A DNA stretch of 64,000 nucleotides, taken from contig JAYOUA010000001.1 in NCBI GenBank assembly GCA_038150705.1, positions 39,673 through 103,672 of the forward strand, given 5' to 3'. Shown here in pieces: positions 31,861 to 40,175 of this stretch. Below the pieces are notes generated by a model, which was given only the letters and a program-made list of their open reading frames with translations, was not told the DNA's origin and searched no databases. A program made the position numbers and the translations under genes. Positions within the stretch are counted from its first letter, which is position 1, and each line of letters starts with the position of its first letter. Origin of the DNA: Porticoccaceae bacterium. Lineage in GTDB: Bacteria; Pseudomonadota; Gammaproteobacteria; Pseudomonadales; Porticoccaceae.

Positions 31861-33651
31861 TTGACTGAGTCACAACTGGATAGAAAGTTAATGCAAGGTT
31901 TGGACATTGCCTGCTTTTCTGAAGCTGGCATTAAACCGCTTAACGAGGATGCAGTCGGCTTCAAACAGCCGGCTGAGCCCTACACCCAGGAAAATAAGGG
32001 GACCAGTATCGCCCTTGCGGATGGTGTTTCAACGGCGGAGGCAGGTCGCGAGGCTAGTCAAACAGCCGTTCAGCGCTTCCTTGATGAGTATTATCAAACC
32101 CCGGATACCTGGTCAGTTTCCGGTAGTGGCGAGAAAATTCTTTCGACTATTAATCTGCGTCTGTTTCGCCAAAGTCATGAATTCACTGCCACCACCAAGG
32201 GCTACCTCTGCACCTTCAGCGCCGTGGTCATCAAAAGCCGCACCCTGCATTTTTTCCATGTTGGCGACAGTCGTATTTATCTACTTCGCGAGGGCCACCT
32301 CAAGCAGTTGACCACAGATCATATGGCGATTATTGATGATAATCGCACCTGCCTGTCCCGTGCCATAGGTATGGATAGCCGTCTTAATCTGGATTACGGG
32401 CACTGTGAAGTCAGGGTTGGTGATCGGCTGCTGTTGACCTCTGATGGTGTCCATGACTTTATCGATAGCGATCAACTGCAGCATTTATTGGCAGGCTACG
32501 GCAGTGCCAGTGAAATTATTACGCAAATCCAGGCGGCGGCGATCGCTGCAAAAACCAATGATAATCTCAGTGCCGCGGTAGTTATCGTCAAAAGCCTGCC
32601 CGAGACAAATCTCGAAGATTACAGTGCGCGATTGACCCGGCTGCCATTTCCGCCGGATTTGCGGGTCGGCATGAAGCTCGATGGCTATCGGATCATCCGA
32701 GAACTATTCGCCTCGAGTCGCAGCCAGCTCTATCTGGTACGCGATGAATTAAGTGCAGATAACCAGGATCGGGATTTTCAAGATAAATACTACGTGATGA
32801 AAACCCCCTCGCGAAATATTGAGGAAGACCTGAGTGCTATAGATCGGTTTATTCAGGAGGAGTGGATAGGGCGGCGCATTCATTCACCGCATGTCGTCAA
32901 AGTCATTCAGCAGCAACGTCGACGAACCGCGCTCTATTATCTGATGGAATATATCGATGGAATTGGTCTCGACAACTGGATAGCCGAGCATCAGCCGCCA
33001 AGCCCGAAGCAGAGCATCGCCCTGGTCAAGCAGATTGCCGAGGGGCTAAAGGTTTTTCATAGCAACGAGGCTATTCACCAGGACTTAAAGCCAGCCAATA
33101 TTATGCTCACCAATCAGAGTATATTAGCTGGCGAACCACAGCTGATAATCGTCGACTTTGGCTCGGTGTATGTGGCCGGACTGGCTGAATTGCAACGGCC
33201 GCTTGTGCACGAGGGTGCGCTGGGAACAGCCAGCTATTCCGATCCGCTGTATCTATTGGGGCGCAATCCGGGATTTCAGGGCGATGTCTACGCTCTGGCT
33301 ACGATTACCTATGAGATCTTTACCGGCAATCTCCCCTATGGTGAGGCGATTGACGAGTGCCGTACAGCTATTGACTATGACCGGCTGCGCTATAAAAGTG
33401 CCAGTCAATACAACCCAAAGATACCTCTGTGGTTTGATGGGGCGCTGGAGAAGGGCGTGGCCTTCGACCTGCAACAGCGCTACACGACTATCGACGAATT
33501 TATAACCGATATCACCCAGCCCAATCCGCTGTTTTTACAGCTTGATCCCGTGGTGGAAAAGAATGCCAGCAGTTTGACATTGTGGAAACTGTTGTCGGGG
33601 TTTTGGTTTTTAACCCTTCTGCTGGTGATCTATCTGTTTAGCCGTATCTAG
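31861..33651 (+). CDS. Bifunctional PP2C-type phosphatase / Ser-Thr protein kinase with C-terminal TM helix
   Basis: PP2C motifs ALADGV, HVGDSRIY, TSDGVHD, NDNLS; kinase motifs VMK, HQDLKPANI, DFG, GTASY; hydrophobic C-terminus. Confidence 0.9.
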   Translation: MTESQLDRKLMQGLDIACFSEAGIKPLNEDAVGFKQPAEPYTQENKGTSIALADGVSTAEAGREASQTAVQRFLDEYYQTPDTWSVSGSGEKILSTINLRLFRQSHEFTATTKGYLCTFSAVVIKSRTLHFFHVGDSRIYLLREGHLKQLTTDHMAIIDDNRTCLSRAIGMDSRLNLDYGHCEVRVGDRLLLTSDGVHDFIDSDQLQHLLAGYGSASEIITQIQAAAIAAKTNDNLSAAVVIVKSLPETNLEDYSARLTRLPFPPDLRVGMKLDGYRIIRELFASSRSQLYLVRDELSADNQDRDFQDKYYVMKTPSRNIEEDLSAIDRFIQEEWIGRRIHSPHVVKVIQQQRRRTALYYLMEYIDGIGLDNWIAEHQPPSPKQSIALVKQIAEGLKVFHSNEAIHQDLKPANIMLTNQSILAGEPQLIIVDFGSVYVAGLAELQRPLVHEGALGTASYSDPLYLLGRNPGFQGDVYALATITYEIFTGNLPYGEAIDECRTAIDYDRLRYKSASQYNPKIPLWFDGALEKGVAFDLQQRYTTIDEFITDITQPNPLFLQLDPVVEKNASSLTLWKLLSGFWFLTLLLVIYLFSRI

Positions 33652-35111
33652 ATAACCTGTGAATAACGAATTGCTGTTTTAGGCTTTCTATTGGTCTGCT
33701 GGTTAACCTCTGTGTGCAAATAGGCATCAAAGATCATGCAGATAGCTCTTATCAAAAGTCGGCCAGATGGCGACACCTGAATTTCATGCTGATTAACACC
33801 AATCAATCCATCTGCAATCATTTGCTGAAGCTGCAAAAGCTCTGGTGCAAAGTATTCAAAAAATTCAATGCCATGCTGTTGTTCAAAAGCGTGAATATCG
33901 AGCCTGAAGTGGCAGATAAGCTGCATAATAACTTGCTTCCTGAGCAGATCGTCCCGATTCAGGAACAGGCCGCGGCTCAGCGGCAATATCCCCTTATCTA
34001 TGGCGCGATTGTAGTCAGCAATTGCCTTGTGATTCTGTATCAGGCAATTGCCAATGGCGCTAATTGCCGAGACGCCAAAGGCCACCAGGTCACAGTTGCC
34101 ATGGGTGGAGTAACCCTGAAAGTTGCGCTGCAATAAACCCTGCTGTTGGGCCAATACCAGGCTGTCGCTTGGCTTGGCAAAGTGATCCATGCCTATGTAG
34201 ACATAACCTGCCTTGCAGAGGGCATCTATCGCCCATTGCAGCATCTGTAGTTTTTCCTCAGGCGACGGCAGACTGCACTGGTTAATCTTGAGCCGCTGGG
34301 TTTTAAACAGGTGCGGCATATGGGCGTAATTAAACAGCGATAGCCGATCAGGAGATAATTCAATAACCTGCTGCAATGTCGCTTTAATCGAGTCAATAGT
34401 CTGCAGGGGCAGCCCGTAAATGATATCCATACTGATGGAGTGGAACTGTTCAAGACGCGCGGCACTGATAAGTTCAGCGACCTGCTCGATACTGTTAAAG
34501 CGATTAACCGCCCGCTGCACTGCGGGATTAAAATCCTGTACACCCATGCTCAGGCGATTAAATCCCAAGTCGCGAAGAAGCGGAATTGTCGCCAACTCCA
34601 TGCGACCTGGGTGAACCTCTATAGAGTAGTCGCCACTGTCATCATCAAGCAGTTGAAAATGGTTGCGGATTTCTGCCATCAGCTGGCGTTTCTGTATATC
34701 ACTGATAAACGTTGGTGTACCGCCACCCCAGTGCAGCTGCTCAACTGTTCTTTTTTGCGGCATTTTGCCTGCACGAGCCACCGAGTCACGACTGTGAAAA
34801 AGCTCGCTATGCAGAGCCATCTCTCTGGACAGTCGGGCTAGGTAGGGCTGTGCTTGGTTTTTATTGGCGGTAATAATTTTGTTGCAGGCGCAGTAATAAC
34901 AGACGGTATCGCAAAATGGGATATGCAAATATAGTGATAGCGGCGCCTGTCTGGCACTGCTTTGTTGCAGGGATTGAACCAGTTGTGCCTGGTTAAATGC
35001 GTCGTTCAGCTGCGGTGCAGTAGGGTAGGAGGTATAGCGCGGGCCGGCAATATTATAGGTTTGAACAAGTTGCGGATCCCAGAGGGGGGTGGGGTTTGAT
35101 TTGTTAGCCAT
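33648..35111 (-). CDS. hemN: Oxygen-independent coproporphyrinogen III oxidase
   Basis: GPRYTSYPTA, YLHIPFCDTVCYYCAC radical-SAM motif, HWGGGTPT, RNFQGYST. Confidence 0.97.
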   Translation of the reverse strand: MANKSNPTPLWDPQLVQTYNIAGPRYTSYPTAPQLNDAFNQAQLVQSLQQSSARQAPLSLYLHIPFCDTVCYYCACNKIITANKNQAQPYLARLSREMALHSELFHSRDSVARAGKMPQKRTVEQLHWGGGTPTFISDIQKRQLMAEIRNHFQLLDDDSGDYSIEVHPGRMELATIPLLRDLGFNRLSMGVQDFNPAVQRAVNRFNSIEQVAELISAARLEQFHSISMDIIYGLPLQTIDSIKATLQQVIELSPDRLSLFNYAHMPHLFKTQRLKINQCSLPSPEEKLQMLQWAIDALCKAGYVYIGMDHFAKPSDSLVLAQQQGLLQRNFQGYSTHGNCDLVAFGVSAISAIGNCLIQNHKAIADYNRAIDKGILPLSRGLFLNRDDLLRKQVIMQLICHFRLDIHAFEQQHGIEFFEYFAPELLQLQQMIADGLIGVNQHEIQVSPSGRLLIRAICMIFDAYLHTEVNQQTNRKPKTAIRYSQVI

Positions 35112-35823
35112 TATGTTGGTTAATCATCCATACTGCAGCTTCGACTCTTGAGCGCAGCTCGAGTTTTTTCAGAATATGTTTGACGTGAACCTTAACGGTG
35201 CCATCGGAAATACCCAGCTCCCGGGCAATTAATTTATTACTCAGACCGCGAGCTATCTGCTTGAGAATATCCTGTTCCCGGCTGGTCAGTTTGGCGAGCA
35301 TGCTGGATCGGTTGTTATCCCCTTTGCGGATAGCCCCGGCGAGAATATGGGTGATTTTTTCACTGACAACCATCTTGCCAATCGCTGCCTGTTTAATTTT
35401 TTCAAGTATATCTTCGGGATCCATATCCTTGAGCAGATAGCCGTCGGCACCGTAGGTTATGGCGCAGACCACATCCTCATCATTGTCAGAAACCGTGAGA
35501 ATAATAATTCGCCCGTTGACCTGGACCCCACGCAGGGCTCTGAGGGTCTCTAGTCCATCCATGCCCTGCATATTTAGGTCAAGCAGAATCAGATCAGGAT
35601 CCAACTCAATAGCCAGAGCCAGAGCATCCTTGCCATTATCGGTTTCAGCCACTATCTGCAGGCTGTCATCGAGATCGACAAGTTGCGCGAGCCCCTTGCG
35701 CAGAAGCGGATGATCGTCCACCAATAAAAGCGTCGCTGGCTTTACAGACGGGGTTTTAGTCTCCCTGTTGTCGGGAATTGGTTTCTTATTTGCGGGTATA
35801 GAAATAGCACTTTGATCAGTCAT
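35104..35823 (-). CDS. narL: Nitrate response regulator NarL
   Basis: LLVDDHPLLRKG, LLDLNM, GADGYLLKD, LuxR HTH LTSREQ..GLSNK..TVKVHVKHILKKL..SRVEAAVW. Confidence 0.93.
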   Translation of the reverse strand: MTDQSAISIPANKKPIPDNRETKTPSVKPATLLLVDDHPLLRKGLAQLVDLDDSLQIVAETDNGKDALALAIELDPDLILLDLNMQGMDGLETLRALRGVQVNGRIIILTVSDNDEDVVCAITYGADGYLLKDMDPEDILEKIKQAAIGKMVVSEKITHILAGAIRKGDNNRSSMLAKLTSREQDILKQIARGLSNKLIARELGISDGTVKVHVKHILKKLELRSRVEAAVWMINQHNG

Positions 35824-35904
35824 GTTTTTTCCAAAAAGAGAGTTCTAACCCTGTCGAACTTTGGTTAATCAACCCCAAAATCACAACCTGACAACCAGTT
35901 TTCG

Positions 35905-35918
35905 TTGACCTGAATCAT
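35905..35918. promoter_or_regulatory. FNR-like box upstream of narL-hemN
   Basis: TTGAC-CTGA-ATCAT, 13/14 identical to the box at 28629. Confidence 0.6.
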
Positions 35919-36012
35919 GCATTGGTAATGGGGTATTTTTTTGCCGATAACCCTTTCTGGGTAGGTAAAAATTTATTACAGCTCAGCAACAGCTGGTTGT
36001 GCAGCAGCAACT

Positions 36013-36028
36013 TACCCCTATAGGAATA
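36013..36028. promoter_or_regulatory. NarL 7-2-7 site upstream of the NarK2-like gene
   Basis: TACCCCT-AT-AGGAATA; degenerate FNR-like TTGAT-TTGT-TTCTA follows at 36043-36056. Confidence 0.6.
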
Positions 36029-36172
36029 GTTCTCTGGCAGCGTTGATTTGTTTCTACTACTCCTTTGGATCATTGCAAAGAGATTGCTCGAGTTTGCATA
36101 GTAGGCTGAAAGTTAGCAGTTGCAGCGACTTTGATCGCAATAATTTTCAGCAGCATTCAAGGAGTAAGACCA

Positions 36173-37810
36173 ATGGCAGAGATAAAAAAGTTGGGCAGAG
36201 CTGATATTCAGCACTGGGAGCCTGAGGATAATCAGTTCTGGGAGAGCAAGGGAAAAAAAATTGCCAGTCGCAATTTGTGGATTTCTATTCCCAGCCTGCT
36301 CTGTGGTTTTGCGGTGTGGCTCTACTGGGGTGTTATAACCGTGCAGATGTTAAACCTCGGCTTTCCATTTGCTAAATCCGATCTATTTTCACTGATGGCG
36401 ATTGCCGGTCTTACTGGGGCAACACTGCGAATTCCCAGCAGTTTCTTTATTCGCCTGGCCGGCGGTCGCAATACGATCTTTTTCACTACCGCACTGTTGA
36501 TGATACCGGCATTTGGCGCAGGTATTGCCCTGCAAAATCAGGATACGCCGCTGTGGGTGTTCCAACTTCTGGCGCTATTATCCGGTCTCGGCGGCGGTAA
36601 TTTTGCCTCTTCAATGTCCAATATCAGTTTCTTTTTTCCAAAAAAGCAGCAGGGTTTAGCGCTGGGTTTAAATGCCGGCCTGGGTAATTTTGGTGTTACC
36701 ACCATGCAGATTATTGTTCCCCTGGCCATGACCTTTGGGCTGTTTGGCGCTATGGGCGGTGATCCAATGGTGCTACAAAATACCTCGGGAACACTGATTG
36801 GCAAGATACCGGCGGGCACTGAAACCTATATTCAGAATGCCGGTTTTGTCTGGTTACTGGCACTAGTGCCATTGGCATTTTTTGGCTGGTTTGGTATGAA
36901 CAATATTCGCAGTGCCGATGTGTCGCCAAAGATTCCCGGGGCCATCGGCAGTTTTGGCACGATTATTTTTATGCTTCTGATAGGCTTTGCCACGGCCATT
37001 TTTGGTCTTTGGTTGTTGTTACCTCAAGCAGCTAACGGTTCTGGTTTTGGGGTGCCCAAGGAGTTAGTACTGTTACTGGTCGTCGCTTTAACGGTATTTT
37101 TATTAAAGTTAATTCCCGGGCAGGTTAAATCCAACCTCAGTCGTCAGTATGAAATTTTTAACAATAAGCACACCTGGGTGATGAGTGTTATCTACACCAT
37201 GACCTTCGGTTCGTTTATCGGTTTTGCCGCATCGTTTCCGCTGGCAATAAAGGTTATTTTTGGCTACCAGCACCTGGTAGTGGATGGTGTGTTAACCCAC
37301 AACACGGCCAATGCCAATGGCCCCAGCGCCCTGATGTACGCCTGGATGGGACCTTTTATAGGCGCGCTGATTCGTCCACTGGGCGGTTGGGTATCCGACA
37401 AGATCGGTGGCGCTTTGGTGACCCAGGTCTGCTCTGTTGTGATGATTGCCTGTGCCCTGGGTGTGGCTTATTACATGAAGGCCGCCTATAGCTCAGCAAC
37501 CCCTGAAGAGTACTTTGTCCCATTCTTTATTCTTTTCTTGCTGCTGTTTGCGGCAACCGGCATCGGTAACGGTTCAACATTCCGTACTATTGCCATGGTC
37601 TTTCCCAAGCAGCAGGCCGGGCCAGTGTTGGGCTGGACCTCTGCGATTGCCGCCTACGGTGCTTTTTATATTCCCAAGGTGCTTGGCGAACAGATCAAGG
37701 CCGCAACCCCGGAAGTCGCACTGATCGGTTTTGCAGCATTCTACGCGGTCTGCGTTCTAGTTAACTGGTGGTTTTACCTGCGAAAGGACGGCGAATTCTA
37801 CAATCCGTAA
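36173..37810 (+). CDS. narK: NarK2-like nitrate/nitrite antiporter; likely ATG 36173
   Basis: WEPEDNQFWE..GKKIASRNLWISIP, GLGGGNFASSMSNISFFFP, GLNAGLGNFG, GIGNGSTFR; SD AAGGAG. Confidence 0.92.
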   Translation: MAEIKKLGRADIQHWEPEDNQFWESKGKKIASRNLWISIPSLLCGFAVWLYWGVITVQMLNLGFPFAKSDLFSLMAIAGLTGATLRIPSSFFIRLAGGRNTIFFTTALLMIPAFGAGIALQNQDTPLWVFQLLALLSGLGGGNFASSMSNISFFFPKKQQGLALGLNAGLGNFGVTTMQIIVPLAMTFGLFGAMGGDPMVLQNTSGTLIGKIPAGTETYIQNAGFVWLLALVPLAFFGWFGMNNIRSADVSPKIPGAIGSFGTIIFMLLIGFATAIFGLWLLLPQAANGSGFGVPKELVLLLVVALTVFLLKLIPGQVKSNLSRQYEIFNNKHTWVMSVIYTMTFGSFIGFAASFPLAIKVIFGYQHLVVDGVLTHNTANANGPSALMYAWMGPFIGALIRPLGGWVSDKIGGALVTQVCSVVMIACALGVAYYMKAAYSSATPEEYFVPFFILFLLLFAATGIGNGSTFRTIAMVFPKQQAGPVLGWTSAIAAYGAFYIPKVLGEQIKAATPEVALIGFAAFYAVCVLVNWWFYLRKDGEFYNP

Positions 37811-38007
37811 TCGAATAAATTGACCCTGCAAATTTGTCTTATGGGTCGTACTCCGGTAGTTCAAATAGTCCCTGTGCAATCCTCTTGAGATCAATCAGGG
37901 CCTGGCTTATGTGTACCGCTATTTCCAGGTAGAGAAAGCACTTGTCTGAGGGCAGCGAGTTGTGCGAACGCTGATAATAGCGGTACCCACGGGGCCGATC
38001 TCAAGGG

Positions 38008-38042
38008 GAGATCCCTCGTTGCCTCGACGTGTCGGGATGACA
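38008..38042. repeat. REP-like 35-bp element, copy 2
   Basis: GAGATCCCTCGT...TCGGGATGACA, 28/35 identical to the reverse complement of 1676-1710. Confidence 0.65.
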
Positions 38043-38100
38043 GCAGAGGAGCGTTCTTGGCGGATGCTTTGGCGGCGCTGAACATGTTATCTGTTAGATG

Positions 38101-39921
38101 TCACTCTAAGAAGTTTGGAGTGAATGAAAATTCCACACGAGTGCCGCCATTATCTCTGGGTTTGATGCTTACCTGACCATTTAGATGGCGGCTGCGCTCA
38201 CTGATTATCGCCAGTCCATAGTGATTATGTCTCTCGGCATTGTTCGGTATGCCGATGCCGTTATCTTCAACCATCAGCTCAATCGTCTGGTCCTCGCGCT
38301 GCTGGAGGTAGATATCAACCCTGGATCCTTTGGAATGATTAATGGCATTTTGAGACGCCTCACGAATAATCTGTAATAGATGAATTTCCTCGGTTGGACT
38401 GAGCGGGATGTTAGTTAATTTATAGTGCAGCTGAATATCGAAATCTGAGCGCTCATTGAGCTTGGCAATAGCCAGAGACAGGGCGCTGTGTAATCCGCCA
38501 GACTCAATTTTTAAACGAAAGGTAGTAAGCAATTCGCGCAATTGGCCATAGGCGGAAGATAGGCCCTCACGCAGTTCATCGACAATTGGTTGCTGTAAAT
38601 CGTACTGTTGGTTGTCGACCGTTTTTTGCAAACGGGTGACCTGAATTTGCAGGTAGGAGAGTGCCTGGGCCAGGGAGTCGTGAAGCTCTCTGGCAATCAC
38701 TGCGCGCTCATTGACCATTGCCAGTTGGCGTGCCTGGTCGGCGTGCAATGACAGCGACAGGGCCAGAGCAAACTGGTCAGCGACCGATTTCAAGAGTTTC
38801 TGTTGCCAGGCTTGAAGCTGGCGCTTGTCTGCGGGCTGATGTCCAGTAAAGCGACAGCTGATAACCCCATAGTTGATCTCGTCGTGAATAATAGGGAAGT
38901 TCATCCCCTGCTGTAGTGACAGCCCCTTTCCCTGGCAGGTTTCACAGGAGCGTTCCGAGCAATTACTAATATCACTGTCTTGCGCCGCTATATGCCTGTA
39001 GGGTCGGTCTCCCTGCTGGGTAAACAGGCACAGCTCAAAGTTAACCTGAGTGCCGATAATTGCCGATAGATCATCCAGTAAACACTGAAAGTTAATCTCT
39101 CGTTGATGGTTGTTGAGAATTTTGCGCGCAGTATTAAATAAAAACTCGAGGGCGGTATTGTGATTTTTTAATTCCTCGGTGCGTTGCTTAACCTGGTTGT
39201 CGAGATCTTTATGGATGCGATCGATGGAGTTGCTCATATGGTTGACCACCGAGCCGAGCAGCGCCAGCTCGTCTTGGCCCTCAACCGGCACCTGATAACC
39301 ATAGTCACCTTCGCCAATGCGATGAGCTGCCTGTGTCAACTGTGCCAGAGGGCGTTCAAGGCGGTTTTTCAACAGATAAAAAATGACACTGCCTGCAACC
39401 ACAGTCACGAACAGGGCAACCAGTTGAATAATCCTCAGGCGACGAATTTTTGCCTCCGCACTGTCCTGAAATGCACTGACTAGAGCGTCGGTGTAGGCAA
39501 GTTGGTTGTCGATTAGCCGGGTGGGAAAAGGCTCTGCTGTGGATCTTTGAAGATAATTTACCAGAGCAGGGCGCAGCGTATTGCTCCAGTACTGCTCGGC
39601 CCTAGAAAACCGTTGATTTAAGTCGCTGTCGCCCGTCTCCTGTCGCTGAATAGAAAACAGTGGGTCACGCCAGGTGTTGTTGAGTTGTTGGATATAGCTT
39701 TCGGCAGCGCTTGTGTTTCCCTGCTGAACGGCGAGACCAATTCGAAAGCTTTGCATTCGAATGGAACCGGATAGATTGATTGCCTGGGCGTCTTTATCCG
39801 ACTGGTCGGTTGCCCACAGCAGGCTGAAAATGGTCAGCAGCCCAATGGCAATAATCGTCACCAGTGAGACACTGATAGTCGATGTCAGAGATGCTGAAAA
39901 GGGCGATTTTTTATGTTGCAA
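38101..39921 (-). CDS. narX: Nitrate/nitrite sensor histidine kinase (NarX-like)
   Basis: P-box DAQAINLSGSIRMQSFR, HAMP, Cys cluster CSERSCETC, ERAVIARELHDSLAQ, EDNGIG, HYGLAII.ER. Confidence 0.92.
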   Translation of the reverse strand: MQHKKSPFSASLTSTISVSLVTIIAIGLLTIFSLLWATDQSDKDAQAINLSGSIRMQSFRIGLAVQQGNTSAAESYIQQLNNTWRDPLFSIQRQETGDSDLNQRFSRAEQYWSNTLRPALVNYLQRSTAEPFPTRLIDNQLAYTDALVSAFQDSAEAKIRRLRIIQLVALFVTVVAGSVIFYLLKNRLERPLAQLTQAAHRIGEGDYGYQVPVEGQDELALLGSVVNHMSNSIDRIHKDLDNQVKQRTEELKNHNTALEFLFNTARKILNNHQREINFQCLLDDLSAIIGTQVNFELCLFTQQGDRPYRHIAAQDSDISNCSERSCETCQGKGLSLQQGMNFPIIHDEINYGVISCRFTGHQPADKRQLQAWQQKLLKSVADQFALALSLSLHADQARQLAMVNERAVIARELHDSLAQALSYLQIQVTRLQKTVDNQQYDLQQPIVDELREGLSSAYGQLRELLTTFRLKIESGGLHSALSLAIAKLNERSDFDIQLHYKLTNIPLSPTEEIHLLQIIREASQNAINHSKGSRVDIYLQQREDQTIELMVEDNGIGIPNNAERHNHYGLAIISERSRHLNGQVSIKPRDNGGTRVEFSFTPNFLE

Positions 39922-40022
39922 AAGTGACTACCTCCAATTATCAGAATTCAGCAGAGGTCAGGCTAAAAATTCTACTCGTTTAAAAAAGCATATTGATAAC
40001 AGAGAGTTAGCTTTTTGTGCTC

Positions 40023-40038
40023 TACCCACAAAGGGATA
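40023..40038. promoter_or_regulatory. NarL 7-2-7 site in the narX/narG divergent region
   Basis: TACCCAC-AA-AGGGATA. Confidence 0.55.
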
Positions 40039-40075
40039 GATCTGCTATTAGACGCTAAAATGCTGATCTAATGAT

Positions 40076-40117
40076 TTGATTTCCCTCAAATGAAATCCAA
40101 AGTTGTCCGCTTATATT
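40076..40117 (+). promoter_or_regulatory. Class II FNR promoter of narGHJI
   Basis: TTGAT-TTCC-CTCAA at 40076-40089; -10 TATATT at 40112-40117, the spacing expected for a -41.5-centred site. Confidence 0.75.
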
Positions 40118-40175
40118 CTCCCTGATGCATTGATTTAACGGCACCGGCCAGGCCTGATTAGGGAGAGCAAAAAAC

